The notes: generated by a model from the letters alone, not told the origin. A DNA stretch of 64,000 nt from Candidatus Woykebacteria bacterium RBG_13_40_15 (GCA_001816655.1 MHCP01000015.1:96049-160048), one strand, 5' to 3'; numbered from the stretch's first letter, positions 1-9,427 are shown. A program made the numbers and translations.

Positions 1-1
1 G

Positions 2-607
2 ACAGTCCGTAATGAAATGGTTTCTTTGATCGAAAAAGGCTATTTAAAACAGCCACACACTAGTGCTGGTCGAATTCCATCTCCTCAAGGCATTAAGTTT
101 TACATAAACGAGTTGATGAAAGAACAAGCGGTTCCGGTTAAAGATGAAGTTTCTATTAAAGAAAATCTTTGGGATTATCGCTTTCACTTACACCGACTTT
201 TGAAGCAGGCAACTAGGGAACTCTCAGAACAATCAGGAACATTAGCCCTAGCCGTTACGGAAGAGGGGGACGTCTTCCATTCAGGTTCTCACATGATCCT
301 CGATATGCCTGAATTTTTTGATATTGATTTGACTAAAACAGTTCTCATGTTATTGGATCACCAAGATCTTTTGAACCAAATTCTAGAAAAAGCAGTTGGG
401 AATGAGCCAACCCATATTTTAGTCGGCAGTGAGCTTGGAAATGATTATTTAGAATCTTGCGGTTTGATCTTTGCCCCGTTTGGCTCTGGAAAGAAAAACG
501 TTGGCATTATCGGAGTAATTGGGCCAACACGCATGGCTTACCCCAGGGTAATTCCCACTGTGAGGTATTTTGGTGATCTTCTCACCGAACTTGTAGGTGG
601 CTGGTAA
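2..607 (+). CDS. hrcA: Heat-inducible transcription repressor HrcA (5' end outside window; short form)
   Basis: Frame is open from base 2 (TVRNEM..GYLKQPHTSAGRIPS); C-terminal GIIGVIGPTRMAY; precedes grpE-dnaK. Confidence 0.95.
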   Translation, partial: TVRNEMVSLIEKGYLKQPHTSAGRIPSPQGIKFYINELMKEQAVPVKDEVSIKENLWDYRFHLHRLLKQATRELSEQSGTLALAVTEEGDVFHSGSHMILDMPEFFDIDLTKTVLMLLDHQDLLNQILEKAVGNEPTHILVGSELGNDYLESCGLIFAPFGSGKKNVGIIGVIGPTRMAYPRVIPTVRYFGDLLTELVGGW

Positions 608-609
608 CT

Positions 610-1056
610 ATGGCTAAAAAAGCGGATAAGAGTACAGAAAGAATACGGGAATTGGAAAATCAGTTGAAGCGAGCTCTTGCCGATTACGACAATTTACAAA
701 AAAGAATAGAAGCCGACAAAGATCAGATTATAAAATTTTCTAAAATAATAATTTTAAGCAAGTTCTTGGATGTTTTAGACACGTTTGAAAATATTGAAGA
801 GGAATGCAAAGAAGCAAACCCGGGACTGCGAAGTGGAATAGAGCTAACATTGGATCAATTTAAGAAAGTTTTGGCGAGCGCAGGAGTTGAAGAAATTAAA
901 ACCGACGCTGATTTCGATCCGAGATTTCACGAGGCAGTCGACGTAGTAGCCGGAGAAGCCAATAACAAAATCGTTGAAGTCGTCGAAAAAGGCTATAAAA
1001 TAGAAGACAAAATTATCCGCCCAGCAAAGGTGAGAGTAAGCAAAAAGGATTTATAA
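610..1056 (+). CDS. grpE: Nucleotide exchange factor GrpE
   Basis: RALADYDN, FDPRFHEAV, KGY...IRPAKVRV motifs; operon position. Confidence 0.96.
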   Translation: MAKKADKSTERIRELENQLKRALADYDNLQKRIEADKDQIIKFSKIIILSKFLDVLDTFENIEEECKEANPGLRSGIELTLDQFKKVLASAGVEEIKTDADFDPRFHEAVDVVAGEANNKIVEVVEKGYKIEDKIIRPAKVRVSKKDL

Positions 1057-1299
1057 ATGATACGAGTTTTTTCTTTAGTTTGGACCTTAATAATATCACT
1101 TGCCGTTGTCGGGTTAAGCTTCTTTTATATCAGGGGAGATGCTAGAGGTTTTCCTTTTTCTTTTGCGCGGGAAATTGTAACTGAAGGAAATACAGGATTC
1201 CATCTAAACGGCTATCTTTTGGCTTTTGATATAATTTTTTGGTGGCTGCTATTTAGTATACTTTGGATAGTTTTAAAAAACTACGTATTTGAAAATTGA
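1057..1299 (+). CDS. Small membrane protein (2 predicted TM helices), unknown function
   Basis: Tightly packed between grpE and dnaK; two hydrophobic segments flanking RGFPF. Confidence 0.7.
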   Translation: MIRVFSLVWTLIISLAVVGLSFFYIRGDARGFPFSFAREIVTEGNTGFHLNGYLLAFDIIFWWLLFSILWIVLKNYVFEN

Positions 1300-1313
1300 G
1301 GAGGATAAATTAA

Positions 1314-3266
1314 ATGGGTAAAACAATTGGTATAGATCTTGGAACTACAAATTCGGCTGTTGCTGTGGTTGAAGGCGGTCAGCCAAAAGTAATTCACAGC
1401 GCTGAAGGAGAAAACATTATCCCAAGCGTTGTGGACCCGGTAAAGCACATTGCTGGGAGAGTAGCAAAACGCCAGCAAATTGTAAATCCAAAAGACACAA
1501 TTTTTTCGATCAAAAGGCTGATGGGCCGCCGTTTCAAGGACGAGTCAGTCCAGTATGATATTAGATGGCTTCCATACACGATAAAAGAAGGTAAAGACAG
1601 CGTGGCCGTAGTTGAAGTGCAGGGTAAAGAATATATCCCGCAAGAAATTTCGGCAATGGTCTTGCAAAAAATAAAAGCCGATGCCGAAAGTTACCTCGGT
1701 GAAAAAGTAACTGAAGCAGTAATTACCGTTCCAGCATATTTTGATGATTCACAGCGCCAAGCAACAAAACAAGCCGGTGAAATTGCTGGCCTAGAAGTTA
1801 AAAGAATTATTAACGAGCCGACGGCTGCCGCCCTTGCTTACGGACTAGATAAAGAAAAAGCCCACACTATCGCGGTCTATGATCTTGGTGGCGGGACTTT
1901 TGACATTACGATTTTGGAAATCGGTGAGGGAGTTTTTGAAGTTAAATCAACTGCCGGGGACACACATCTTGGCGGAGACGACTTTGACCAGAAAGTTCTA
2001 AGCTACTTAATTGACGAATTCAAAAAAGAACAGGGAATTGATCTATCCGGTGACAAACAGGCTCTGCAGAGACTGCGCGATGCCGCCGAAAAAGCAAAGG
2101 TCGAGCTTTCCTCTACTGCCGAAGCAGAAATAAATATCCCGTTTATTACCGCCGATTCTTCCGGGCCAAAACACCTGGTTACGAAGTTAACACGCGCGAA
2201 ACTGGAAAGCTTAACAGGTGATCTTGTCGAAAAGAGTTTTGATGCGGTAAAACAGGCGCTTAAAGACGCGAAACTCGAACCTTCAAAAATAGACGAAATC
2301 GTTTTAGTCGGTGGGCAAACCAGAATGCCCGCAGTTGCCGAAAAAGTAAAAAGTTTCTTTGGCAAAGAAGCGCACAAAGGAATAAATCCGGACGAAGTGG
2401 TGGCAGTTGGTGCGGCGATCCAGGGAGCAGTGCTCGCGGGAGAAATGAAGGAGATGGTTTTGCTGGATGTGACTCCCCTTTCCTTAGGAGTTGAAACACT
2501 TGGTGGGGTGATGACCACGTTGATAGCAAGAAACACAACTGTTCCGACAGCAAAAACAGACGTCTTTTCTACTGCGGCGGATAATCAAACCAGTGTTGAA
2601 ATTCACGTGTTGCAAGGTGAGCGGCCAATGGCAGCGGATAATAAGTCACTCGGGCGGTTTATCCTTGAAGGAATTCCGCCCGCGCCAAGAGGTATACCAC
2701 AAGTTGAAGTGACATACGATATTGATGCAAATGGGATTTTGAATGTTACGGCAAAAGACAAAGCAACCGGCAAAGAGCAATCAATAAAAATTACTGGTAG
2801 CACTGGTCTTTCCAAAGACGAAATAGACAAAATGCAAAAAGAAGCAGAAAGCAACGCGGCTGAAGATGCAAAGAGAAAAGAGCTGATAGAAGCGCGAAAT
2901 ATCGCCGACTCTCTCGTGTACACAGCTGAAAAATCAATCAAAGATGCAGGAGATAAATTGCCCGCTGATGTGAAAACAGAAGTTGAGGAAAAAGTAAAAG
3001 CTGCGAAAGAAGCAATTGCCGGCGATGATTTGGAAAAAATCAAAAAAGCAACTGACGAGCTAGGAGCTTCCCTACAAAAAATTGGCTCTTCAATGTACCA
3101 GACCCCTCCGGGCTCCGACAAAACCGAGTCTTCTCCTCAAGACGAAATAAAAGCCGAAGGTGCAACCACTGAGGACACGGAAAAAGAAACCGGAAGCACT
3201 GAGGAGAAAAAAGACGGACCAGTCGAAGGCGAAGTCGTGGACGAAGATAAAGATAAGAAAGAATAA
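1314..3266 (+). CDS. dnaK: Chaperone DnaK (Hsp70)
   Basis: [31 protein letters not shown]; SD GAGGAGG upstream. Confidence 0.99.
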   Translation: MGKTIGIDLGTTNSAVAVVEGGQPKVIHSAEGENIIPSVVDPVKHIAGRVAKRQQIVNPKDTIFSIKRLMGRRFKDESVQYDIRWLPYTIKEGKDSVAVVEVQGKEYIPQEISAMVLQKIKADAESYLGEKVTEAVITVPAYFDDSQRQATKQAGEIAGLEVKRIINEPTAAALAYGLDKEKAHTIAVYDLGGGTFDITILEIGEGVFEVKSTAGDTHLGGDDFDQKVLSYLIDEFKKEQGIDLSGDKQALQRLRDAAEKAKVELSSTAEAEINIPFITADSSGPKHLVTKLTRAKLESLTGDLVEKSFDAVKQALKDAKLEPSKIDEIVLVGGQTRMPAVAEKVKSFFGKEAHKGINPDEVVAVGAAIQGAVLAGEMKEMVLLDVTPLSLGVETLGGVMTTLIARNTTVPTAKTDVFSTAADNQTSVEIHVLQGERPMAADNKSLGRFILEGIPPAPRGIPQVEVTYDIDANGILNVTAKDKATGKEQSIKITGSTGLSKDEIDKMQKEAESNAAEDAKRKELIEARNIADSLVYTAEKSIKDAGDKLPADVKTEVEEKVKAAKEAIAGDDLEKIKKATDELGASLQKIGSSMYQTPPGSDKTESSPQDEIKAEGATTEDTEKETGSTEEKKDGPVEGEVVDEDKDKKE

Positions 3267-3270
3267 AGAT

Positions 3271-3969
3271 ATGAAAAGTTGGTGGGAATTGGGCGAAGGC
3301 GCTGGTTTCAGTGGCAACAAACTATCAACCTATCAAATTGATTGCCCTTTTTGTGAGGAAAGAGACAATTTTGAAGAAGCGGCTCATTTCGAAAAGAAGA
3401 AACCAAACTCATCCAAAGTACTAAATTTTGACACCTTAAAGTGTGGTAACTGCGCAGGCTATGTTATGGTTCTTTGGTCGTCTAGTGACTATGACTTTCA
3501 TTCCGGAATCCACGATTTTCGAGTGTTACCCTGGTCACTTACAATAAATAAAGCCCCTACTCATTGGCCTCAAGCAATACAAAGATATTGGGTGCAAGCA
3601 AATAAATCTTTACAAGTCGAAAACTGGGATGCCGCGGCTGAAATGGCTAGAAGTACATTACAAATTGCTTTAAGAGACCACGGGGCTGTTGGTAAGGATT
3701 TATTTGAGGAAATAAATAATCTTGCAGAGAAAGGAGTGTTGCCACCTCTTATGAAAGAATGGTCTCATGAAGTGAGAGAGCTTGGCAACGACTCAGCCCA
3801 TCCCAGACCAGAGCAAAAAGAAACAAGCCTAGGAGATGCCCGAGATATTGTAGAATTTTTGGACTTTCTTCTCGAATATCTTTACGACTTGCCAAAACGA
3901 ATAGAAGATTATAGAGGAAGAAGGAAAGCCGAAAAAGCAACCACTCAGATCAAAAAGAAAACAAACTAG
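3271..3969 (+). CDS. DUF4145-like (HEPN-like) protein with N-terminal CxxC..CxxC zinc ribbon
   Basis: ATG 3271 just after the dnaK stop (ORF-track start overlaps dnaK); CPFC/CGNC; AAAEMARSTLQ...R-ELGNDSAH signature. Confidence 0.8.
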   Translation: MKSWWELGEGAGFSGNKLSTYQIDCPFCEERDNFEEAAHFEKKKPNSSKVLNFDTLKCGNCAGYVMVLWSSSDYDFHSGIHDFRVLPWSLTINKAPTHWPQAIQRYWVQANKSLQVENWDAAAEMARSTLQIALRDHGAVGKDLFEEINNLAEKGVLPPLMKEWSHEVRELGNDSAHPRPEQKETSLGDARDIVEFLDFLLEYLYDLPKRIEDYRGRRKAEKATTQIKKKTN

Positions 3970-3988
3970 TTGTAACAGTATTCCAAAC

Positions 3989-4027
3989 TCCCAAAAACTT
4001 GAAATTTCTATAAGTCAGATATATAAT
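3989..4027 (+). promoter_or_regulatory. Cassette promoter repeat copy 1 (TTGAAA-17-TATAAT)
   Basis: TCCCAAAAACTTGAAATTTCTATAAGTCA is identical to 5829-5857; -35 at 3999-4004, -10 at 4022-4027. Confidence 0.85.
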
Positions 4028-4067
4028 CGCGAAGATTACATCTAGCCCGTTTCTATGCGGGATTTAA
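4023..4067 (-). repeat. Palindromic intergenic repeat, copy D (reverse orientation)
   Basis: Reverse complement TTAAATCCCGC-loop-GCTAGATGTAATCTTCGCGATTAT matches the copies at 39923 and 57287/57366. Confidence 0.6.
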
Positions 4068-4128
4068 TCCCGTCAGTGAATAATGTCGGTACCACTGCAT
4101 TAGTACAGTCCGAAAGGAGAGTCGTCTG

Positions 4129-4539
4129 ATGGCTGACAGGAAAAGATCGACTTCTTGGAGAGCCGATCCAGAGTTCCGGAGAATGGTGGAGGAAAAGAAG
4201 CAAGAGCTGGATTACCTCTTCGGTCTTATCGGTCCGTTCGAGGATTGGGAGGACTGGGATGAGTCTATCCCAGACGAGGACGTGGTCCGCTTAGAGCTGC
4301 ACGTAGGAGACGGCATTGAAAGAGGTCATCTGGAGCTAACCATGGGCGAGCTTCGAAGGGTCAAAGAGCTCGCCGAACTGCTCAAAGTGCTGAAAGAGCA
4401 GAAGATCATGATCGAAGAGCCAGACACGATCGCTAGACTCACCAGCGAGCTAGGATCCGAAAGTGCAAAGAGGGCTCTCGAGGTAGTACTCGGAAGCTTG
4501 ATAATCGAAGGCTGTCCTTGCGACGAACTGTCGGACTAA
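4129..4539 (+). CDS. Hypothetical acidic protein (GC-rich cassette 1, gene A)
   Basis: SD AAAGGAG upstream; 136 aa ORF downstream of the promoter repeat. Confidence 0.7.
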   Translation: MADRKRSTSWRADPEFRRMVEEKKQELDYLFGLIGPFEDWEDWDESIPDEDVVRLELHVGDGIERGHLELTMGELRRVKELAELLKVLKEQKIMIEEPDTIARLTSELGSESAKRALEVVLGSLIIEGCPCDELSD

Positions 4540-4562
4540 TCACGGAAGCGAGGAGGCTTAAA

Positions 4563-4913
4563 ATGCTGACAATAAAAATGACCGGCGACAACGGCCATCT
4601 GCTAACCATAAGCAGAGAAGAAGGCAGAATCCTTATGGAAATGCGATCGCCTGGGGATATGATCCGGGGCTATGAGTTCCGAAAGCATCCCATTAGCCTG
4701 GCTCGGGCGCTCCACTACGTCCTGGCAGTCCCCGAATGTGATGACCTCGCCTTCGTCGAGGAGGATTTCAGAGGCAGGGTTTCCGTCAAGGAGGAGGAGT
4801 ACACCTTGACCTTTGACACCTTGGGCGAGTCAAAAGGCGTTACAGTCAAGGCCCGGCGGGATGACTTTTCCGACGTGGTCGGCCTTTTGGAAAATCTCCC
4901 CAGAGGCTCATGA
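4563..4913 (+). CDS. Hypothetical protein (GC-rich cassette 1, gene B)
   Basis: SD AGGAGG at 4551-4556 favours ATG 4563. Confidence 0.7.
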   Translation: MLTIKMTGDNGHLLTISREEGRILMEMRSPGDMIRGYEFRKHPISLARALHYVLAVPECDDLAFVEEDFRGRVSVKEEEYTLTFDTLGESKGVTVKARRDDFSDVVGLLENLPRGS

Positions 4914-4941
4914 TCGATCGTCGCCACCAGCGCCTGCCGAC

Positions 4942-4969
4942 AGAGCTCGACTTTAACCGGTCGGGCTCT
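4942..4969 (+). terminator. 3' hairpin of cassette 1 (terminator-like, weak U tail)
   Basis: AGAGCTCGACT-TTAACC-GGTCGGGCTCT; homologous to 10595-10623. Confidence 0.65.
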
Positions 4970-4987
4970 TCCATCTCTAATAATTTT

Positions 4988-5010
4988 CCAAAAAAAACTT
5001 GAAATTTCTA
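4988..5010 (+). repeat. Truncated copy of cassette promoter repeat (ends at TTTCTA)
   Basis: CCAAAAAAAACTTGAAATTTCTA, then diverges; no TATAAT at 17 bp. Confidence 0.75.
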
Positions 5011-5065
5011 AAGCGGCTTCTTGTGTGTTGACAGTCGATACACTAAAGGGGTACACTAGCGGTGT

Positions 5066-5329
5066 ATGGTAAAAAGGGTAAATATTTCTTTTCCAGAAAA
5101 AACCTTAAATGATCTGAAAGAGCTTGTACCACCTCGAGAAAGAAGCAAACTGGTGAGTGAGGCCGTCGAAGAAAAGTTAAATGATTTTAAAAGGGCTGTA
5201 GCGTTTGAGAAGCTCGAGAAAGCCCGTGAGAAATTCTCTTCCTTTGAGACTATTAAAAGCAAGGAAGACACTGTTGCTTGGGTAAAAAATATGAGAAAAG
5301 GTTGGAATCGCAGAGAAACCTCGAAGTAA
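5066..5329 (+). CDS. Ribbon-helix-helix antitoxin (VapB/CopG-like)
   Basis: N-terminal KRVNISFPE beta strand and RSKLVSEAV helix; upstream of a PIN gene; own TTGACA promoter at 5028 and palindrome TACAC-TAGCG-GTGTA at 5052-5066. Confidence 0.8.
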   Translation: MVKRVNISFPEKTLNDLKELVPPRERSKLVSEAVEEKLNDFKRAVAFEKLEKAREKFSSFETIKSKEDTVAWVKNMRKGWNRRETSK

Positions 5330-5334
5330 TCAGA

Positions 5335-5709
5335 ATGAAATTATTGGTTGATACAAACGTTTTTATTGCTTACGGTAAAAAAAGAGATGGCGGTTTGGTT
5401 GATAGAATAAAATCTGAGAACCACGATCTTTACACCTCGGTGGTGTCGCTAGCAGAACTTCGGAGCGGAATCCACAAACGAGACCTAAATTTTTATCAAG
5501 CGATTAAAGAAACCTTTAGGCCGCTGCCTGTCGATTTGGAGATTGCGGATTTGGCTGGCGAATTTAGATACGAATTTTTGAGAAAGGGTTTGGATATAGA
5601 TTTGGCCGACCATATCATAGCTGCGACTGCTTTATTAAATAATTTGGCGCTGGTTACTTTCAACAAAAAAGATTTTCCCCACAAAAATCTCGAGCTGTAT
5701 CCAATTTGA
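5335..5709 (+). CDS. vapC: PIN-domain toxin (VapC family)
   Basis: MKLLVDTNV, SLAEL, LADHIIAATA, LVTFNKKDF. Confidence 0.9.
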   Translation: MKLLVDTNVFIAYGKKRDGGLVDRIKSENHDLYTSVVSLAELRSGIHKRDLNFYQAIKETFRPLPVDLEIADLAGEFRYEFLRKGLDIDLADHIIAATALLNNLALVTFNKKDFPHKNLELYPI

Positions 5710-5722
5710 TAAAATTAGCAAA

Positions 5723-5842
5723 ATGGAAATAAAGGAAACACAGGCGAAAAGTATTTTAACCCCTTCCAAATTCACAACTGCTTATGCAGGAAAGAGAACA
5801 CTTCAATCTATTGATAAATTAAAGTGTTTCCCAAAAACTTGA
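5723..5842 (+). pseudogene. 5' stub of the downstream radical SAM gene
   Basis: MEIKETQAKSILTPSK vs MEIKEIAAKSVLTPSK at 7693 (13/16 identical), then unrelated sequence; stop lies inside promoter repeat copy 3. Confidence 0.75.
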
Positions 5843-5867
5843 AATTTCTATAAGTCAAAGATATAAT
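5829..5867 (+). promoter_or_regulatory. Cassette promoter repeat copy 3 (TTGAAA-17-TATAAT)
   Basis: -35 at 5839-5844, -10 at 5862-5867; 29 nt identical to copy 1. Confidence 0.85.
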
Positions 5868-5964
5868 TCCACCAACAACAGAAAAGACTCAACCAAGCCA
5901 GCCACTTACCTAAGAAGGGATTTCAAGTGTAGTTTCGGAGGAATACGAAAGGAGCACGGCGGAA

Positions 5965-6702
5965 ATGAGTGAGGGACGAGTTGCTTTGGTCACTGGTTCA
6001 TCTCGTGGAATCGGCCAGGCCATCGCAGTCAAGCTGGCTTCTCAAGGAGCAAGAGTGGCCATCAACTGTTTCCGAGACTTAGATGGTGCAGCTGAAACGC
6101 TGCGCTTAATCGAATCATCTGGAGGCCAGGCCGTCATAATCAGAGCGGATCTCGGTAGTGCCGAAGGAGTTGCCGACCTGCTTGGAAGAACTCAGCAGGC
6201 TCTGGGAGATATCGATATCCTCGTCCACAATGCCGGGTATTTCTATGCCACTCTCCTGCCTCGCTTCAAGAGGGAAGAGTGGGATAAACTGATACAGATT
6301 AACCTGACAGCGGCTTTCGAGCTCGCTAGCGGTGTATATCTGCAAATGGCGAGGAGGAGATGGGGCCGCATTGTCTTCATTTCTTCAGTCATTGCCCTGG
6401 CTGGCAACACCGGTCAGAGTGGTTACGGAGCTGCAAAGGCAGGGCTGATTGGGCTTGCCAAGTCAGTTGCTGTTGAATATGGTGCTAGGGAAATCACCTG
6501 TAACGTCGTTGCGCCAGGATACATCAGAACCAGGATGACCGAGGATGTTCACGAAGAGACCATCGGCGAAGCTTTAGAACGGCAAGCAATCAAACGGCCT
6601 GGAACACCAGAAGACGTAGCTGCCTTGGTCGGTTTTCTAGCTAGCGACGAGGCTAGTTGGATTACTAGGCAGGTATTCCAGGTCGACGGGGGCCTCCTAT
6701 GA
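5965..6702 (+). CDS. fabG: 3-oxoacyl-ACP reductase-like SDR (FabG family)
   Basis: TGSSRGIG, HNAG, catalytic S..YGAAK, VAPGYIRT, VDGG; SD AAAGGAG. Confidence 0.88.
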   Translation: MSEGRVALVTGSSRGIGQAIAVKLASQGARVAINCFRDLDGAAETLRLIESSGGQAVIIRADLGSAEGVADLLGRTQQALGDIDILVHNAGYFYATLLPRFKREEWDKLIQINLTAAFELASGVYLQMARRRWGRIVFISSVIALAGNTGQSGYGAAKAGLIGLAKSVAVEYGAREITCNVVAPGYIRTRMTEDVHEETIGEALERQAIKRPGTPEDVAALVGFLASDEASWITRQVFQVDGGLL

Positions 6703-6770
6703 TGCGGGGTTCCCCAAACAGGCCGTAACTTGAGCGAGTGCTTGGCGCACTTTTGGAAGGAGGAACGGAT

Positions 6771-7175
6771 TTGGCTGGAATAAACGTCGCCCAATTAACG
6801 AAGGGCTACAAATTTCCCCCGATTACCTTTGCCGTCTCAGCCGAGCAGGCAGAGGCATACCGGAAGGTGACCGAGGGTGTCGAGGGATCAAGCTATATCC
6901 CTCCGCTCGGGGCGATCGCATTCGCCCTTCAGTCCCTGCTCGAGCAGGTGGAGTTGCCGGAAGGCTCGGTTCATGGCGGAGAGGGTTACGAGTGCCATAG
7001 CCCAATTGCGGTTGGTAGCGAGCTAATTGCGAATGGCTCTGTCGTTGACCGAGCTGACCGCGGAAGCTTCGCCCTCCTCGAAGTGGAGATCCAACTGACA
7101 GTGGCAGGTTCTTTGGAACCGGCCTTGGTAAGTGGAGCAACACTCGTGACGCCGCTGCTCAAAGGAGGCTACTGA
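6771..7175 (+). CDS. Hotdog-fold MaoC/HadA-like (non-catalytic partner) protein
   Basis: TTG 6771 after AAGGAGG; YIPP...GSVHGGEGYECHSPIAVG pattern; translationally coupled (TGATG) to the MaoC gene. Confidence 0.7.
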   Translation: MAGINVAQLTKGYKFPPITFAVSAEQAEAYRKVTEGVEGSSYIPPLGAIAFALQSLLEQVELPEGSVHGGEGYECHSPIAVGSELIANGSVVDRADRGSFALLEVEIQLTVAGSLEPALVSGATLVTPLLKGGY

Positions 7176-7576
7176 TGACTGTTCTAACTGCTCCGGCTGA
7201 GCTTCGTGCCACCCGCCAGTTCGATCAGGAAACCATCAACCGCTACGCCGATCTGGTCGGGGATCACAACCCCATTCATGTCGACGAGGAGTTTGCGAGG
7301 AGCACTCCTTTCGGCGGGACAATTGCCCATGGCATGCTCGTCTTGTCGCTAGCCTCTAACATGCTGGAGAAGCAATTCGGCGACCGGTGGCGAGCGTCGG
7401 GCAAGTTGAAGGTTCGGTTCAAGGCGCCGACCAAAAGCGGAGCTACCGTTACTGCTCAAGCCAGTTTGAAGGAGGGGGAGCAGCCGGCCGACAACAAGAT
7501 CGCGACCTACCGAGTCGAATGCCGGAACGAGCAGAGAGAGGTAGTCATAGTGGGCACTGCGCAGGTTACTCTGTAA
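7175..7576 (+). CDS. MaoC-family (R)-specific dehydratase/hydratase (HadB-like)
   Basis: YADLVGDHNPIHVDEEFA...IAHGML hydratase-2 motif. Confidence 0.9.
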   Translation: MTVLTAPAELRATRQFDQETINRYADLVGDHNPIHVDEEFARSTPFGGTIAHGMLVLSLASNMLEKQFGDRWRASGKLKVRFKAPTKSGATVTAQASLKEGEQPADNKIATYRVECRNEQREVVIVGTAQVTL

Positions 7577-7596
7577 CCCAGTGCCCAAGTTCGGTC

Positions 7597-7630
7597 CCCG
7601 GGGCCTTGCTGTTCCAGCAAAGGTCCCGGG
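7597..7630 (+). terminator. 3' hairpin of the fabG cassette
   Basis: CCCGGGGCCTTGCT-GTTCC-AGCAAAGGTCCCGGG. Confidence 0.6.
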
Positions 7631-7692
7631 ATAGCCTCTTTTATCAGACATTAAGTTCCCAATAAATTCCTATCTTCTGCTAAAATGACTCT

Positions 7693-8541
7693 GTGGAAAT
7701 AAAAGAAATAGCAGCGAAAAGTGTTTTAACTCCCTCCAAACTCCCCGGAGTTGATTTTGTGGTTAATCCTTACATTAGTTGCGGTTTTGCGTGCACTTAT
7801 TGCTACGCAACTTTTATGGCAAGATATGTCGGCAAGACAGCGAACGATTGGGGAAAATTTGTTTTTGTAAAAGAAAACGCTCCCGAAGTTTTAAAAGAGG
7901 AACTAGCAAAACTAAAAAATAAAGGAGCTGGAAAAAGTATCCTTTTTAGTTCTGTCACCGATCCCTATCAAGGTGCAGAATCAAAATATAAAATTACCCA
8001 AAAGTGTCTGGAAGTTTTAGCAGATTTTGGTTTCAGTGGACAAGTTGGAATTTTAACAAAATCCAATTTAGTTTTAAGAGATGCGGATACATTTAAAAAA
8101 CTAAAAGATGTTGAGGTGGGACTGACTATTATAACAACTGATGATAAAATTTCTCGCTATTTTGAAAAATATGCACCAGCTGCAAGTTTAAGACTAGAAG
8201 CCTTGAAGAAACTAAATGAAGAGGGTATAAAAACTTACGTGTTTGTCGGACCTCTTTTGCCTCATTTTGTTGCCGAAGAAGAAAAGCTGGAAAAGCTTTT
8301 TAAAGAGATTTCCGAAACAGGAAACAAGGGGCTTTTTGTGGAACACATAAATTTGAGTAAATATATTTTGGAAAGACTGGAGAGGGAAACAAAAGATTTG
8401 GATAAAAGTACAACAGCCAAGTTTTATGAGTCAAAACAAAAACCTTACAGAGACAGACTGGATGAAATCGTTGTAAAGTTAGTTAAAAAATACAATTTGA
8501 AACTTCGATCCGGCTCCACAATCTACCATCGCGGGTCTTAA
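7693..8541 (+). CDS. Radical SAM protein, SplB/spore photoproduct lyase-like family
   Basis: NPYISCGFACTYCYA (CxxxCxxC), SSVTDPYQ, ILTKS; AT-rich; extended -10 TGCTAAAAT just upstream. Confidence 0.9.
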   Translation: MEIKEIAAKSVLTPSKLPGVDFVVNPYISCGFACTYCYATFMARYVGKTANDWGKFVFVKENAPEVLKEELAKLKNKGAGKSILFSSVTDPYQGAESKYKITQKCLEVLADFGFSGQVGILTKSNLVLRDADTFKKLKDVEVGLTIITTDDKISRYFEKYAPAASLRLEALKKLNEEGIKTYVFVGPLLPHFVAEEEKLEKLFKEISETGNKGLFVEHINLSKYILERLERETKDLDKSTTAKFYESKQKPYRDRLDEIVVKLVKKYNLKLRSGSTIYHRGS

Positions 8542-8546
8542 ATTTT

Positions 8547-8585
8547 CCCCACTAAACTTGAAGATTTATCTATTTGTAGTATAAT
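8547..8585 (+). promoter_or_regulatory. Divergent cassette promoter repeat copy 4 (TTGAAG-16-TATAAT)
   Basis: CCCCACTAAACTTGAAGATTTATCTA...TATAAT. Confidence 0.6.
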
Positions 8586-8650
8586 CTGCGCACAATCGAA
8601 TATATTGGAGAGTGCTTCGAAAAACCTTCGAGAAAGGAGGGATGGTTGCC

Positions 8651-9388
8651 ATGTTGCGCTTTCTTCAGCAGCTAACAAGGCGACTCCGAGGAAGAAGTCT
8701 AACCAAGGCCAAGCTTTGGTTGGCGCTTTTGTCCTTGGTGTTCTTGCCTCTTTTTGTGAGTGCCGAGCCTGCCTGTGAGGCGCAGAAGATCCGCGAGCGG
8801 TATGGAGTGGAGATTGTGCTCGTGGGTCAGAGCTGGAGCGAGACCAGCCTGGGCGCGGTTGACGACGCTTTGAGTCGACTTCCACCGCATGTCGTCAGCC
8901 AATTGGGTAGCCGGTTCAACGGCAGTCTGTACATACTGTGCAACACTGAGTCGCGTACCCTATCCGGTACCAGCGTCTTCTCGCACGGCGCGAACTTCTA
9001 CTCCAATAGTGACGGCCGCAACGAGCTCGTCCTCTACCCCGACCAGAGTACACCCACTGTCCTGCACGAACTAGCCCATGCCTATCAACTCCGCTTAGTT
9101 CCAGCGGGAAAGTACGCTCTGGTCTTTCGAGACGAGAAGATGAAGGACTTCATGCAAGCCACCGGTTGGCGTCTACTTAGCTCCGATGCGCAGGTGGAAA
9201 CTGCTCTTGATCAGACACAGCTAAGCTTCGCCTATGATGGTCCGACGGTCTGGCATTTCATGTCCAACAACGACCCGCTGGAGGACTACGCGAACTCGTT
9301 CGCCCTGTTCTTCTACGACCTGGAGCGTCTTCGCCAACTCTCGCCAGTGCGCTACGACTGGATCCTAGAGCACGTGGCCAGCGAGTGA
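8651..9388 (+). CDS. Secreted/anchored zinc metallopeptidase (gluzincin-like)
   Basis: Basic-hydrophobic N-terminus ending VSA; VLHELAH (HExxH) and downstream EDYANSF; SD AGAAAGGAGG. Confidence 0.75.
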   Translation: MLRFLQQLTRRLRGRSLTKAKLWLALLSLVFLPLFVSAEPACEAQKIRERYGVEIVLVGQSWSETSLGAVDDALSRLPPHVVSQLGSRFNGSLYILCNTESRTLSGTSVFSHGANFYSNSDGRNELVLYPDQSTPTVLHELAHAYQLRLVPAGKYALVFRDEKMKDFMQATGWRLLSSDAQVETALDQTQLSFAYDGPTVWHFMSNNDPLEDYANSFALFFYDLERLRQLSPVRYDWILEHVASE

Positions 9389-9427
9389 AGTTGATGACGA
9401 CGAAGTGCCGAGAATCAGTGAACAGTC

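Noticed and set aside
3160-3270. ORF-track N-terminal extension of the DUF4145 gene
   Set aside because: It overlaps the dnaK tail out of frame; ATG 3271 just after the dnaK stop is more plausible.
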